From contig CP064990.1 of NCBI GenBank assembly GCA_016699915.1, positions 644,456 through 708,455 of the forward strand: a stretch of DNA of 64,000 nucleotides, read 5' to 3'. The position numbers and the translations under genes are program-made. The notes under the pieces are model-generated. The model searched no databases, was not told the origin of the DNA, and saw only the letters and a list, made by a program, of their open reading frames with translations. This document shows, one piece after another, positions 1 through 10,871 of this stretch (position 1 is the first letter of the stretch; the number at the start of each line of letters is the position of its first letter). The DNA comes from Neisseriales bacterium. GTDB lineage: Bacteria > Pseudomonadota > Gammaproteobacteria > Burkholderiales > Q3-R57-64.

Positions 1-354
1 GTCTTTGTATTGCTTGCTAATGCTAGCGTGCTGCAAGATTTTAGTGTGCGTTTATGGTGTTTGAAAGATGATGCGTTTGTGCCGCATTGCGATATCCAAG
101 CTAAAGAAGCGTCCGAAACACCTATCATTTTGGGAACAAGTATCCTGGAGCATAATGAAAAATTACCAGCTATTTTGCTGAACTTGACTGAGGATGCCAA
201 CCCTAAAAATTATGCCATGTCTTTTGAGCGAGTGTTAGAAATGACGCAAAATACTAAAGAATCACAAGCTGTTGCTCATGAACGGCTTATATATTACCAA
301 AATCAAGCATTTGAAATATACCAGCATGATATGTCAGCAAGTTTGGTAGGATAA
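1..354 (+). CDS. 3' end of an uncharacterised protein (partial, runs off the left edge)
   Basis: The frame is open from base 1 (VFVLLANAS...) to the stop at 352-354. I recognise no motif. Confidence 0.5.
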   Translation, partial: VFVLLANASVLQDFSVRLWCLKDDAFVPHCDIQAKEASETPIILGTSILEHNEKLPAILLNLTEDANPKNYAMSFERVLEMTQNTKESQAVAHERLIYYQNQAFEIYQHDMSASLVG

Positions 355-463
355 ACATTCATCGTATGAAGAGGGATTTCCTATCAAATCTATCTTAACT
401 GTAAGATGGTCATTATTCTTTGCAGTACTCGCCTTATGTTGTCATGGCTGTACATCTCAACAC

Positions 464-1660
464 TTGCCCGACTCTATCTCTTCACGATTGACCGTGGCAA
501 GCTATCACCCAACACAATTTTCAAACTTGCCCAATTGGCCTGGTCAGTTAACCCAAGCCACCATGAATACTTTTCTAAAAAGTTGTATTAAGCTGACTCA
601 TCAACCACATTGGCAAGATGTGTGCAAAAAAGCCAAAGCGCTTTCACAAGAACCTAAAGCTTGGCGAGCTTTTTTTGAAACCGAATTTACGCCCTGGCAA
701 ATCGTTACACCATCAACTAATTATGGTCTTATCACCGGATACTATGAACCCCTTTTAAGGGGTGAACGTCTACCTCGCAAAAATACACCCTATTCTATCT
801 ATGGAATTCCAAAGGATATGTGGCAAGTACTCTTCCCTAACACTTTACATGATCGGTCTGTTTTAGTAGTACGCCCCTTAGCAAATCAAAAAATGGCAGT
901 TATCGCCAATCGAATAAAACCTGACAAAAATGAATATATCCTTTACCCGAAGAAATTTTGGTTTGATCGCCAAACTACGATCTTATCAACGCGCATGGTA
1001 GGCAATGAACTCATTCCCTACTACACACGTAGCGAAATACACCAAGGCTATGGCGTGAAAGATGCACCTGTTATAGCATGGCTAGAAAATTGGGTAGATT
1101 TGGCTTATTTGCAAATACAAGGCTCGGGACGCATACAGCTAGAGGACAACCATACAATTCGGATCAGTTATGCGGCTAGTAACGGCCATCCCTTTGTATC
1201 AATCGCTAAATGGCTGATAAAATCACAAAAACTAAGTACCATTCAAGCTTCCCAAACTGGCATCAAGCGCTGGCTTAATAAGCATCCTACTGAATTTAAA
1301 AAAATATTGACTGTTAATCCACATTACGTTTTCTTCAAAGAGGCACGCATCGCCGAAGAAGAAGGTCCTATTGGTGCTTTAGGGGTTCCATTAAGTAGCA
1401 CGCTAAGTGTTGCAGTTGATGAGCGTTATATACCGCTTGGCGCTCCCGTTTATATCGCCACACAACATACTACTACCAACCAATTGGTTTTTGCTCAAGA
1501 TAAAGGAAGCGCGATTAAAGGACCACTTAGACTGGATTGGTTTTTGGGATACGGAAAACAAGCGGGACTTAAAGCCGAGAAAATGCACCAGCTAGGTAGT
1601 GTTTGGTTATTTTTACCCAATCATGTTGTGCCATCCGATATAGGACTTGATGCTGATTAG
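464..1660 (+). CDS. mltA: Membrane-bound lytic murein transglycosylase A
   Basis: Carries the MltA signatures TGYYEPLLRG, SVAVDERYIPLGAPVYI (3D domain) and DKGSAIKGPLRLDWFLG. The true start is probably upstream, near 383 (see findings). Confidence 0.85.
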   Translation: MPDSISSRLTVASYHPTQFSNLPNWPGQLTQATMNTFLKSCIKLTHQPHWQDVCKKAKALSQEPKAWRAFFETEFTPWQIVTPSTNYGLITGYYEPLLRGERLPRKNTPYSIYGIPKDMWQVLFPNTLHDRSVLVVRPLANQKMAVIANRIKPDKNEYILYPKKFWFDRQTTILSTRMVGNELIPYYTRSEIHQGYGVKDAPVIAWLENWVDLAYLQIQGSGRIQLEDNHTIRISYAASNGHPFVSIAKWLIKSQKLSTIQASQTGIKRWLNKHPTEFKKILTVNPHYVFFKEARIAEEEGPIGALGVPLSSTLSVAVDERYIPLGAPVYIATQHTTTNQLVFAQDKGSAIKGPLRLDWFLGYGKQAGLKAEKMHQLGSVWLFLPNHVVPSDIGLDAD

Positions 1661-1666
1661 CAAGTA

Positions 1667-3601
1667 CTACAACTCAACCTGGGCACCTAATTCGACAACA
1701 CGGTCTAAAGGAATCTGAAAAAAATCTGTTGGTCTTAAAGCATTCTTGCTCATCCAAATAAATAAACGTTCGCGCCAAGGTGCCATGCCAGGACGCGATG
1801 TAGAAATAAGCGCTTCTTTGGATAAGAAAAATGATGTTTCCATCAGATAAAATGATAACCCTCTTTCTGCACAAGCAGTAATGATACTAGGTATATTAGG
1901 CGTTTCTTTAAAACCATAGCGCGCAACAACGCGCGAGAATGTTGGTGACAGAGAACTTACCTCCACACGTTCAGCAGACCCAATAAAAGGTACATCCTCC
2001 GTTTTAATCGTCATGATCACAACACGCTCATGCAATACCTTATTGTGTTTTAGGTTATGTAATAAAGCATGTGGCACACCCTTAGCAGTTCTATCTAGGA
2101 AGATAGCGGTACCCTGAACACGTTGGGGAGTTGATATTTCTACTTCTTTGATGAAAGCTTGGAGCGGTAAAGCTTGCTCTTGAATACGTTGAGAAAGTAT
2201 TCGGCGTCCACGCCACCATGTGCTCATCAATGTAAAGATCAATGCACCAATCACAAGTGGTAACCATCCTCCATGCATAATTTTAAAGATATTAGCACTG
2301 AAAAAGACCAGATCAATCGCCAAGAAAAGACCGGTTAGCCCCCCCGCTACAAAAATTGGCCAATGCCAATGCCGATGCATCACCACGAAGAAAAGTAAAG
2401 TAGAAGTAAGCATCGTACCGGTTACCGCAATACCATAAGCCGCTGCCAAATGGCTGGACGAGCGAAAATCCAACACAATCACTAAGACAATGGCCAATAA
2501 TACCCAATTAATAAAAGGCAAATAAATTTGACCCATTTCTTGTACAGAAGTATGACGAATTTGCATGCGTGGACAAAAACCCAGCTGTATAGCTTGACGC
2601 GTTAAAGAGTAAGCTCCAGAAATAACCGATTGCGAAGCAATAACCGTTGCAATAGTAGCCAAACAAACCAAGGGAAGAAGCGCCCAATTGGGTGCTAATA
2701 AGAAAAACGGGCTCTCTGCTAGTGCTTCAGGGTGACGCAGTAATAAAGCGCCCTGCCCAAGGTAATTTAAAACTAAACTCGGTAAGACAAGACTAAACCA
2801 TGCATATTGGATTGGACGACGTCCAAAATGACCCATATCAGCATAGAGTGCTTCGGCACCTGTGAGAGCTAATACAACGGCTCCTAATCCCAACAAGGAA
2901 TGGCTGCCATAGGTCCATATAAAATGGATGCCGTGCCAAGGATTTAAAGCAAACAAGATGCTAGGCATTTGCCAAATATTAAGTAGGCCTAGTATAGCAA
3001 GCGTCAAAAACCATATAAACATAATAGGGCCAAAACAAATCCCTACCCTCGCTGTACCAAAACGCTGAATCAAAAACAAAACCAGTAAAATCACGATAGC
3101 CATCGGCAACACATAAGGCGCCAATGCCACATTAACAATTTGCAATCCTTCAGAAGCAGACAACACAGAAATAGCAGGCGTAATGGCAGAGTCACCATAA
3201 AACAAAGCAGTACCCATCAAACCCAATAAGATAACAACCCAGCGTGCACTAAGCCGCAGTCGCTTACGTGCCAACGCCATTAATACCATGATGCCACCTT
3301 CTTGATGGCTGTCTGCTTTCAAAATAAATAGGACATATTTGAAGCAAACCACCAACATAATGGCCCAAAAAATTAGCGATATAAATCCCAATACATTGAA
3401 GGGCTCAGCAGACAAACCTTCTGCTAAAAAACATTCTTTGACAGCATATAACGGGCTTGTACCAATATCGCCGTACACGACACCAAGTGCTGCAAGCGTG
3501 ATACCAGTAAGTGACTGATTACGGATTGCAAATTCAGTAGACATAAAACCAATGAAGAGCCTGAAAGTCGCCATTGTGGCTGACAAAGTGATAAGATGCA
3601 A
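1667..3601 (-). CDS. kup: KUP-family potassium uptake protein
   Basis: GVVYGDIGTSPLY motif, about 12 TM segments and a C-terminal cytoplasmic domain. The real start is probably the internal Met at 3544 (MSTEFAIRNQ...). Confidence 0.9.
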   Translation of the reverse strand: MHLITLSATMATFRLFIGFMSTEFAIRNQSLTGITLAALGVVYGDIGTSPLYAVKECFLAEGLSAEPFNVLGFISLIFWAIMLVVCFKYVLFILKADSHQEGGIMVLMALARKRLRLSARWVVILLGLMGTALFYGDSAITPAISVLSASEGLQIVNVALAPYVLPMAIVILLVLFLIQRFGTARVGICFGPIMFIWFLTLAILGLLNIWQMPSILFALNPWHGIHFIWTYGSHSLLGLGAVVLALTGAEALYADMGHFGRRPIQYAWFSLVLPSLVLNYLGQGALLLRHPEALAESPFFLLAPNWALLPLVCLATIATVIASQSVISGAYSLTRQAIQLGFCPRMQIRHTSVQEMGQIYLPFINWVLLAIVLVIVLDFRSSSHLAAAYGIAVTGTMLTSTLLFFVVMHRHWHWPIFVAGGLTGLFLAIDLVFFSANIFKIMHGGWLPLVIGALIFTLMSTWWRGRRILSQRIQEQALPLQAFIKEVEISTPQRVQGTAIFLDRTAKGVPHALLHNLKHNKVLHERVVIMTIKTEDVPFIGSAERVEVSSLSPTFSRVVARYGFKETPNIPSIITACAERGLSFYLMETSFFLSKEALISTSRPGMAPWRERLFIWMSKNALRPTDFFQIPLDRVVELGAQVEL

Positions 3602-3701
3602 ATCTTTTAAAGAGAATAGTGGTTGTTTTTGCCATGGATACTGACAATCAGTAATTCCTATTCACCCAACCGTAACGGCTAATATTTATTGGGATGTTTG
3701 T

Positions 3702-5423
3702 ATGCGTGCTTCTGCATTTTTTATGCCTACTTCTAAAGAAACTCCCGCTGAAGCAGAATTAATCAGTCATAAACTGATGCTGCGGGCAGGTTTAATCAAA
3801 AGGGTGGCAGCAGGTATCTATACATGGATGCCTTTAGGGTTATTGGTATTACGCAAAGTGGAAGCTATTGTACGCGAGGAAATGAATAAAATTGGCGCAA
3901 TAGAATTACTCATGCCCGCTCTTCAACCTGCTGAATTATGGCAAACTTCAGGTCGCTGGACATTATATGACCAAGAGCTCTTACGATTAAAAGATCGGCA
4001 TGAACGCGATCTTTGCATCGGGCCTACTTATGAAGAAGTGATCACAGATTTAGTGAAAAAAGAAATCAGACACCATAAACAATTACCGCTGATTTTTTAC
4101 CAAATTCAAACAAAATTTCGTGATGAAATCCGTCCACGTTTTGGCGTTATGCGTGCGCGGGAATTCATGATGAAAGACGCTTATTCTTTCCACGCTGATA
4201 AAACTTGCCTACAAAAAACTTATCAACGGTTATATGATAGCTATTGTCGTATTTTTACAAGAATTGGGTTTCAATTTCGCACAGTCGTTGCAGACACAGG
4301 AACAATCGGCGGGTCTTTTTCTCATGAATTTCAAGTGCTAGCCGATACGGGGGAAGATATAGTCGCTTATTGCCTACATTCCGATTACGCTGCCAATATT
4401 GAATTAGCTGCCATCCATCCCCCCAAATCTACTATAAGACCAACACCTACTCTTCCTATACAAAAAGTACATACACCCGCAATTAAAACGATTGAAGATT
4501 TATCGAAATTTTTGCACTGCCCTGCATCGGCTGTAATCAAATCAATTGTAGTTGATGGTGAAAAAAGCGAGCAACCCGTATTACTATTACTACGTGGCGA
4601 CAATGTACTAAATGAAGCAAAAGCAAGTAAATTACCCGGCATTAAATCTCCTCTAACGTTTTCTAGCATAACAACAATTCAACAGTATTTTGGTGCTGAA
4701 CCGGGTTTTGTCGGACCCATTCCGTTTTCGGGTTTGGTCTACGCAGATTACAACTTAATAAATCAGTCGGACTGGATAACAGGCGCTAATCAAAATCACT
4801 ACCATTTTATGGGCGCAAATTTTGGACGCGATTGCCCAGAACCTATTTTTGTTGATCTACGTCAGGCTGAGACAGGCGATCCAAGCCCGTGTGGCAAAGG
4901 GTTACTTAAGTTAGCTCGTGGCATTGAAGTAGGTCATATTTTTCAATTAGGCACGAAATATTCGCTCGCCATGCAAGCTATGTTTTTGAATAAAGACAAT
5001 ACTAAACAGCCTATTGAGATGGGCTGCTATGGAATCGGTATCTCACGGATTGTAGCGGCATTCATCGAACAACATCATGATGAACAGGGAATCATTTTTA
5101 ATGAAGCTATTGCGCCGTTTGATCTCGTTATTGTTCCACTAGGCTACCATCAACACGAAAAAGTACGCAATATTGCCGATACACTATATCAAGCACTCGC
5201 AGGTACAGGGCGACATATTTTGTTAGACGATCGCAACGAACGGGCTGGTATACTACTGACTGATTCAGAATTGGTTGGGATACCGCATCGCTTTGTCGTT
5301 GGAGAACGCAGTATTCAAAAAAACCAAGTGGAATACCAAAACCGGCAAAACAAAACAACCCAAACACTACCTTTAGAATCTGCAATATCTTTTGTTTTAA
5401 ATCAATTTGCTACAATAGCTTAA
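3702..5423 (+). CDS. proS: Proline--tRNA ligase
   Basis: 573 aa with class II aaRS motifs (FRDEIRPRFGVMRAREFMMKDAYSF, GCYGIGISR) and an editing-domain insertion. Confidence 0.95.
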   Translation: MRASAFFMPTSKETPAEAELISHKLMLRAGLIKRVAAGIYTWMPLGLLVLRKVEAIVREEMNKIGAIELLMPALQPAELWQTSGRWTLYDQELLRLKDRHERDLCIGPTYEEVITDLVKKEIRHHKQLPLIFYQIQTKFRDEIRPRFGVMRAREFMMKDAYSFHADKTCLQKTYQRLYDSYCRIFTRIGFQFRTVVADTGTIGGSFSHEFQVLADTGEDIVAYCLHSDYAANIELAAIHPPKSTIRPTPTLPIQKVHTPAIKTIEDLSKFLHCPASAVIKSIVVDGEKSEQPVLLLLRGDNVLNEAKASKLPGIKSPLTFSSITTIQQYFGAEPGFVGPIPFSGLVYADYNLINQSDWITGANQNHYHFMGANFGRDCPEPIFVDLRQAETGDPSPCGKGLLKLARGIEVGHIFQLGTKYSLAMQAMFLNKDNTKQPIEMGCYGIGISRIVAAFIEQHHDEQGIIFNEAIAPFDLVIVPLGYHQHEKVRNIADTLYQALAGTGRHILLDDRNERAGILLTDSELVGIPHRFVVGERSIQKNQVEYQNRQNKTTQTLPLESAISFVLNQFATIA

Positions 5424-5451
5424 CGCCGTAATATTTCTGATTGATATCACA

Positions 5452-6321
5452 ATGCATACGTTATCCATAAAACCAGCGAAAAAATTACCGTGCCGTTTGC
5501 CGAATCAAGCAACGCGCATTAAAATTAGACAGCTCACATATAGACAAAATAAGCCCGCTGCACACCAACCTGTTCGAATACAAAAAATATTATCGGCATC
5601 CGGACTAGGTTCTAGGCGTCATATTGAAGCGGCCATATTTAATAAAGCTATCACAGTTAATGGACAAATCGCACAATTAGGTCAATGCATTACCCCATCT
5701 GATCACATTATGATGGACAATAAACCCGTGCGATTAATTTGGTCTGATACACTGCCGAGAATTATTCTTTACAACAAACCAGAAGGTGAAATCGTAACAC
5801 GTAAAGACCCTAGTGGTCGTGTTAGTGTTTTTGATCGCCTGCCACAAACAAAAAGTAGTCGCTGGATTAGCATTGGCAGGCTGGATTTAAATAGTTGCGG
5901 CTTATTGATCTTAACAACGCATGGAGGACTTGCACACCATTTCATGCATCCTCGCTTTGAAATTGATAGGAAGTATGCGGTACGAGTGTTAGGTATCCTA
6001 ACTGACGCACAAAAAAAACAGCTTTATCAAGGCATCATGTTACCAACAGGACTTGCTCGTGTAGTAGCTATTCAAGAAGTAGCTCACCATAAACTAGGAT
6101 CTGCTAATAAGTGGTATCACGTTACCTTAAAAGAGGGTAAAAACCGAGAAGTAAGAGCTTTATTTGCAGCCATTGGATTAACCGTTAGCCGTTTGATCCG
6201 AATACAATTTGGTCCAGTTGTATTGCCAACCCGCTTAAAGTGCGGTCAGTATCAAGAATTAAATGCTGTAGAAGTAGCAAATATTTTAAAATGGGCAAAA
6301 TTTCCAATACACCGTGGATAA
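5452..6321 (+). CDS. rluB: 23S rRNA pseudouridine synthase, RluB-like
   Basis: S4 domain (RIQKILSASGLGSRRHIE) and the RsuA/RluB catalytic motif IGRLDLNSCGLLILT. Has a basic N-terminal extension. Confidence 0.85.
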   Translation: MHTLSIKPAKKLPCRLPNQATRIKIRQLTYRQNKPAAHQPVRIQKILSASGLGSRRHIEAAIFNKAITVNGQIAQLGQCITPSDHIMMDNKPVRLIWSDTLPRIILYNKPEGEIVTRKDPSGRVSVFDRLPQTKSSRWISIGRLDLNSCGLLILTTHGGLAHHFMHPRFEIDRKYAVRVLGILTDAQKKQLYQGIMLPTGLARVVAIQEVAHHKLGSANKWYHVTLKEGKNREVRALFAAIGLTVSRLIRIQFGPVVLPTRLKCGQYQELNAVEVANILKWAKFPIHRG

Positions 6322-6366
6322 CAGTTGGCTAATTAAACGTTGGAATTTTTAAAATAATTGCTTGGG

Positions 6367-6846
6367 ATGAAAAATTACATTACAAAACGCGGCTGGCAAA
6401 AACTCTCCAGTGAGCTTTGTCAGTTAGTTCGCCATGAACGGCAAAAAATAGTCGAGCTAGTCAGTTGGGCAGCCAAAAACGGAGATCGCTCGGAAAACGG
6501 CGACTATTTATATGGGAAGAGTCGACTCAGAGAAATTGACCGACGCATTCGCTTTTTAAGCAAACAACTGGAAAATGCGGAAGTCGTGGAAACCACCCAT
6601 CATCAAGATAATCCGCAAATTTTCTTTGGTGCAACCGTTACCATCCAACGTAATAATCAAACACTACAAACAGTCACTATTGTAGGCATTGATGAATCAG
6701 ATGCTCAGCAAGGCTATATTAGTTGGATATCTCCACTTGCTCGTGCATTACTGCGAGCAAAAATAGGTGACTCAATACAGTTTAACGGTCCAAATGGTGC
6801 AGAAAACATCCAAATTATACAAGTATCCTACAACCCGACCATGTAA
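6367..6846 (+). CDS. greB: Transcription elongation factor GreB
   Basis: Contains WAAKNGDRSENGDYLYGKSRLREIDRRIRFL, close to E. coli GreB as I recall it. I prefer the ATG at 6367 over the TTG at 6358. Confidence 0.85.
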   Translation: MKNYITKRGWQKLSSELCQLVRHERQKIVELVSWAAKNGDRSENGDYLYGKSRLREIDRRIRFLSKQLENAEVVETTHHQDNPQIFFGATVTIQRNNQTLQTVTIVGIDESDAQQGYISWISPLARALLRAKIGDSIQFNGPNGAENIQIIQVSYNPTM

Positions 6847-6872
6847 CCTCAAAAAATTGGGCGCATCTATCA

Positions 6873-8051
6873 TTATGATAGACCAGCTTCTTGCCGTAAA
6901 ATTAATGATCTATCTATTTTTTCCCACGAAAACTCAGGTTCTTCACGACCAAAATGGCCGTAAACTGCTGTTTTTTTATAAATAGGACGTAATAAATCTA
7001 ACATTTCAATAATTTTTTTAGGTCGTAAGTCAAAATGACGCTTAACAAGCACCTCAATATCCTTAGAAGGAATGGCATTGGTTCCAAATGTATCAATAGC
7101 GATAGAAATTGGCTCGGCAATACCAATAGCATAAGATATTTGAATCTGACATTGCCTAGCAAGCTTGGCCGCAACAATATTTTTTGCAATATAGCGACCC
7201 GCATAGGCCGCTGAGCGATCTACCTTCGTCGGATCCTTGCCTGAAAATGCTCCACCACCATGAGGTGCTGCAGCACCATAAGTATCCACCATGATTTTTC
7301 TTCCTGTTAAACCACAATCTCCATTAGGGCCACCCGTTACAAAACGCCCCGTTGGATTAATAAAATATTTTGTTTGCTTTGTTAACATGTGCGGAGGCAA
7401 TATAGGTTTGATGATTTCCTCAATGACTGCTTCTTTTAAGTCATCATAAGCAATGTCTGGATCGTGCTGTGTGGATAATACAATTGTATCAATACGACTA
7501 GGCTGTCCTGTTTGCTGATCATATACGCAGGTAATCTGGCTTTTTGCATCGGGTCTTAGCCATGGTAAGCAACCATTTTTTCTAAGCTCCGCTTGACGCT
7601 GCATTAAACGATGCGCATAGTAGATTGAAAAAGGCATCAAGGTAGGCGTTTCATCGCAAGCATAACCAAACATGATGCCTTGATCACCCGCGCCTTGATC
7701 TAGATCAATGCCTTCTCCTTCATTAACACCTTGTGCTATATCTGTGGATTGTCCACCGTAACAGGGTATTATCTTGCAAGTCTGACTATCAAACCCTAAC
7801 TCACTGTTATCATAGCCAATTAAACGGATCGTTTCGCGAACAATTGATTCATAATCGATCTTTGCTTTTGTAGTAATCTCACCTGCCAACACGACTAAAT
7901 TTTTACTAACAAGTGTTTCGGCTGCCACACGCGCATAAAGGTCTTGGCTAATTGCATCATCTAAAATAGCATCAGAAATTTGATCGGCTATTTTATCGGG
8001 ATGGCCTTCTGATACCGATTCAGATGTAAAAAAATATTCGCTCATATTCAC
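6873..8051 (-). CDS. metK: S-adenosylmethionine synthase
   Basis: [25 protein letters not shown] and [19 protein letters not shown] motifs. Confidence 0.97.
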   Translation of the reverse strand: MNMSEYFFTSESVSEGHPDKIADQISDAILDDAISQDLYARVAAETLVSKNLVVLAGEITTKAKIDYESIVRETIRLIGYDNSELGFDSQTCKIIPCYGGQSTDIAQGVNEGEGIDLDQGAGDQGIMFGYACDETPTLMPFSIYYAHRLMQRQAELRKNGCLPWLRPDAKSQITCVYDQQTGQPSRIDTIVLSTQHDPDIAYDDLKEAVIEEIIKPILPPHMLTKQTKYFINPTGRFVTGGPNGDCGLTGRKIMVDTYGAAAPHGGGAFSGKDPTKVDRSAAYAGRYIAKNIVAAKLARQCQIQISYAIGIAEPISIAIDTFGTNAIPSKDIEVLVKRHFDLRPKKIIEMLDLLRPIYKKTAVYGHFGREEPEFSWEKIDRSLILRQEAGLS

Positions 8052-8096
8052 TTTTCATTTAAATAATGCTTATTTCAAAGATAAATAAAGCTAAAA

Positions 8097-8561
8097 TTAG
8101 CATATACCCGTACTACCAAAACCACCATCAGCTCGGTTACTTGGCAAAAAATCTTCCACAACATTAAAATGCACTTGAACAACAGGAACGACTACCAATT
8201 GTGCAATGCGTTCCATTGGGGATAACGTAAAGGCTTCTTGTCCACGATTCCACACAGAAATAAAAATCTGTCCTTGGTAATCGGAATCAATCAAACCCAC
8301 TAAATTACCCAGCACAATGCCATGTTTATGACCTAACCCAGAGCGAGGCAATATCAGTGCTGCTAGTCTTGCCTCAGCAAGATGGATCGCAATGCCTGTT
8401 GGCACTAAAATCGTTGTATTAGGTAAAAGCACAATTGACTGATCAATCACCGCGTAAAGATCAAGTCCAGCGGAGCCGTCTGTAGCATAGCGTGGTAACT
8501 GATTACTTAGCCGCTTATCAAGAATTTTAAGGTCAACGCCAGTACGGATTCGATCAATCAT
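8097..8561 (-). CDS. dut: dUTP diphosphatase
   Basis: [20 protein letters not shown] and [10 protein letters not shown] motifs. The start is placed at the internal Met ([15 protein letters not shown]) by analogy with E. coli Dut. Confidence 0.9.
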   Translation of the reverse strand: MIDRIRTGVDLKILDKRLSNQLPRYATDGSAGLDLYAVIDQSIVLLPNTTILVPTGIAIHLAEARLAALILPRSGLGHKHGIVLGNLVGLIDSDYQGQIFISVWNRGQEAFTLSPMERIAQLVVVPVVQVHFNVVEDFLPSNRADGGFGSTGIC

Positions 8562-8727
8562 ATAGAAATGACATAACGATTGATCATGCAATTTTGCATA
8601 TGAATTAGAGCCATTTTTTTAATTAATCAACACAGTAAAATAAGTTCTTGCTATGCGTTACACAATCCAATAGACAACCATCGTTGAGTCTACTATACTT
8701 CGGCGCCTCTAATCAAGGAAGTGAATT

Positions 8728-10800
8728 GTGCATACCACCATATTACCCGTCCCACCGGAAGCCTCCTATCGCGAACTGACTTGGCGTGGTATGTTGCTCG
8801 CTGCAGTCATGACAGCTATTTTCACTGCTTCAGATGTCTATCTTGGCCTTAAAATTGGCTTAACTTCCTCTTCTGCTATTCCTGCTGCTGTCATTTCGAT
8901 GGCTGTACTAAGTTCATTTGCTGGCTCCAATATTCTCGAAAACAATATGGTTCAAACACAAGCTTCAGCAGCAGGGACACAATCACGTATTATTTTTGCG
9001 TTACCAGCATTAATCATGATTGGCTACTGGAAAAATTTTTCCTTTCTTGAAACAACTCTCATTGCATTGGCTGGTGGCATGTTAGGCGTGGTATTTTCTA
9101 TCCCATTACGACGCGCCCTCGTCGTCAATAGTCAACTACCTTATCCAGAAGGCGTAGCAGCAGCAGAAATTTTAAAAGTAGGTAGCGCTATCCGAGAAAG
9201 TCATACGAAAAATCATACGCAATCCACTGACAAACCACGTGATATTCAGGATATTCTTTCAGGTAGTTTATTTGCCGCTATCATTAACTTATTAACAACA
9301 GGATTACAGCTTTTATCAGGAAGTTGCGCTTATTGGATTCACACAAGTTATGGCGGTATGTTTCAGTTATCAGCTGGTTTTTCATTGGCAATGACTGGCG
9401 CAGGCTACCTCATTGGTGCTACAACAGGTTTATCAATATTCATTGGATTATTGTTGGGTTGGGGCATCATTTTGCCTTATTTGACTGCCACAACACCTGT
9501 TCCAACAAATTTTTCATCAAACCTGCCCGCTTTTGCAATGATGCTTTGGCAAACAAAAGCACGTTTAATTGGTGCGGGTGTCATGACAGTTGGTGCGTTA
9601 TGGACGATTATTGCTCTATTCAAACCATTGATGGATGGATTGCAAACTTCTTTTCGTGCCAAACGAAAAACCGATGCAATCCATAACATTAGAACAGAAC
9701 AAGATCTATCATCTAGTACGATGATTGGCATCATAACAATAGCACTAATCATATTAACTGGGGCGTTTTATTGTTTTGCTGCTGATATATCGACCAACCC
9801 AACAAAATTAGTATTATTAATCAGCTCATCTATTCTTTTTACTTTTGTGATAGGTTTTTTAGTTGCTTCAGTTTGTGGCTATATGGCTGGTGTTTTTGGT
9901 TCATCTGGTAGCCCTATTTCAGGTATTGCTATCATCGCTATTATGGGTGCATCGTTGTTATTACTGGCTGTAGGACATATTACTGGGCTCACAAAAACGG
10001 ATGCAGGAATACATTTTGCGATGGCTTTAGCAATTTTTATCACCAGCGTTATTATTACGATTGCTTGTATTGCCAATGATAATCTTCAGGATCTCAATAC
10101 AGGATATTTAGTCGGCGCCACACCGTGGCGGCAGCAAGTAGCATTACTAATTGGCTGCGCTATTGGTTCACTTGTTATTGCACCGATCATGCAATTAGTT
10201 TATCAAGCTTATGGTTTTATCGGAGCTATGCCAAGACCAAATATGGATCTTTCGCAAGCTTTAATTGCCCCACAAGCCACACTCGTTAGCATCATTGCAA
10301 CAGGTATCTTCAACGGAACAATTGCTTGGAAAATGATTTACATCGGGGTCGGTATGGGCGTTGTCCTACTATTCATTGATCACTTACTAAAAAAATTCAC
10401 CCGTTTTCACTTACCACCTTTAGCTGTCGGTATCGGTTTATACTTACCACCAAGCGTTGAAATGCCACTTGTTATTGGCGCGGTTCTGGGCTGCTTGATT
10501 GATTACATATTACGAAAAAAATTACCTAGCAACGATACACAAAGCGCTATACGCATAAAACAAGTAAATCGACGAGGCACACTACTTGCTTCAGGCCTTA
10601 TTGTAGGGGAAAGCATAGTGGGCGTATTCATGGCTATCATCATTGTTGCCAGTGTTGCGCAAGGCGGATCCGATGCACCATTATCTTTATTGCCCTATTT
10701 AGGAGGTGATACATACCGACCCATTGCAGAGTGGCTAGGGCTAAGCGTTTTTATTATTTCTTGCATTATTTTTGTCAGAAAAATTATTGTAATAAAATAA
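8728..10800 (+). CDS. OPT-family oligopeptide transporter
   Basis: 690-aa polytopic membrane protein with an N-terminal pattern typical of bacterial OPT proteins (REL TWRG..LA....IFTA..VYLGLKIGLT). GTG start. Confidence 0.75.
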   Translation: MHTTILPVPPEASYRELTWRGMLLAAVMTAIFTASDVYLGLKIGLTSSSAIPAAVISMAVLSSFAGSNILENNMVQTQASAAGTQSRIIFALPALIMIGYWKNFSFLETTLIALAGGMLGVVFSIPLRRALVVNSQLPYPEGVAAAEILKVGSAIRESHTKNHTQSTDKPRDIQDILSGSLFAAIINLLTTGLQLLSGSCAYWIHTSYGGMFQLSAGFSLAMTGAGYLIGATTGLSIFIGLLLGWGIILPYLTATTPVPTNFSSNLPAFAMMLWQTKARLIGAGVMTVGALWTIIALFKPLMDGLQTSFRAKRKTDAIHNIRTEQDLSSSTMIGIITIALIILTGAFYCFAADISTNPTKLVLLISSSILFTFVIGFLVASVCGYMAGVFGSSGSPISGIAIIAIMGASLLLLAVGHITGLTKTDAGIHFAMALAIFITSVIITIACIANDNLQDLNTGYLVGATPWRQQVALLIGCAIGSLVIAPIMQLVYQAYGFIGAMPRPNMDLSQALIAPQATLVSIIATGIFNGTIAWKMIYIGVGMGVVLLFIDHLLKKFTRFHLPPLAVGIGLYLPPSVEMPLVIGAVLGCLIDYILRKKLPSNDTQSAIRIKQVNRRGTLLASGLIVGESIVGVFMAIIIVASVAQGGSDAPLSLLPYLGGDTYRPIAEWLGLSVFIISCIIFVRKIIVIK

Positions 10801-10871
10801 ATCTGATTTTAGACCATAGGTATTTTTTTCGTAATCCCTCAATCTAATGAATGCTACTCAACAGCAGCTTA

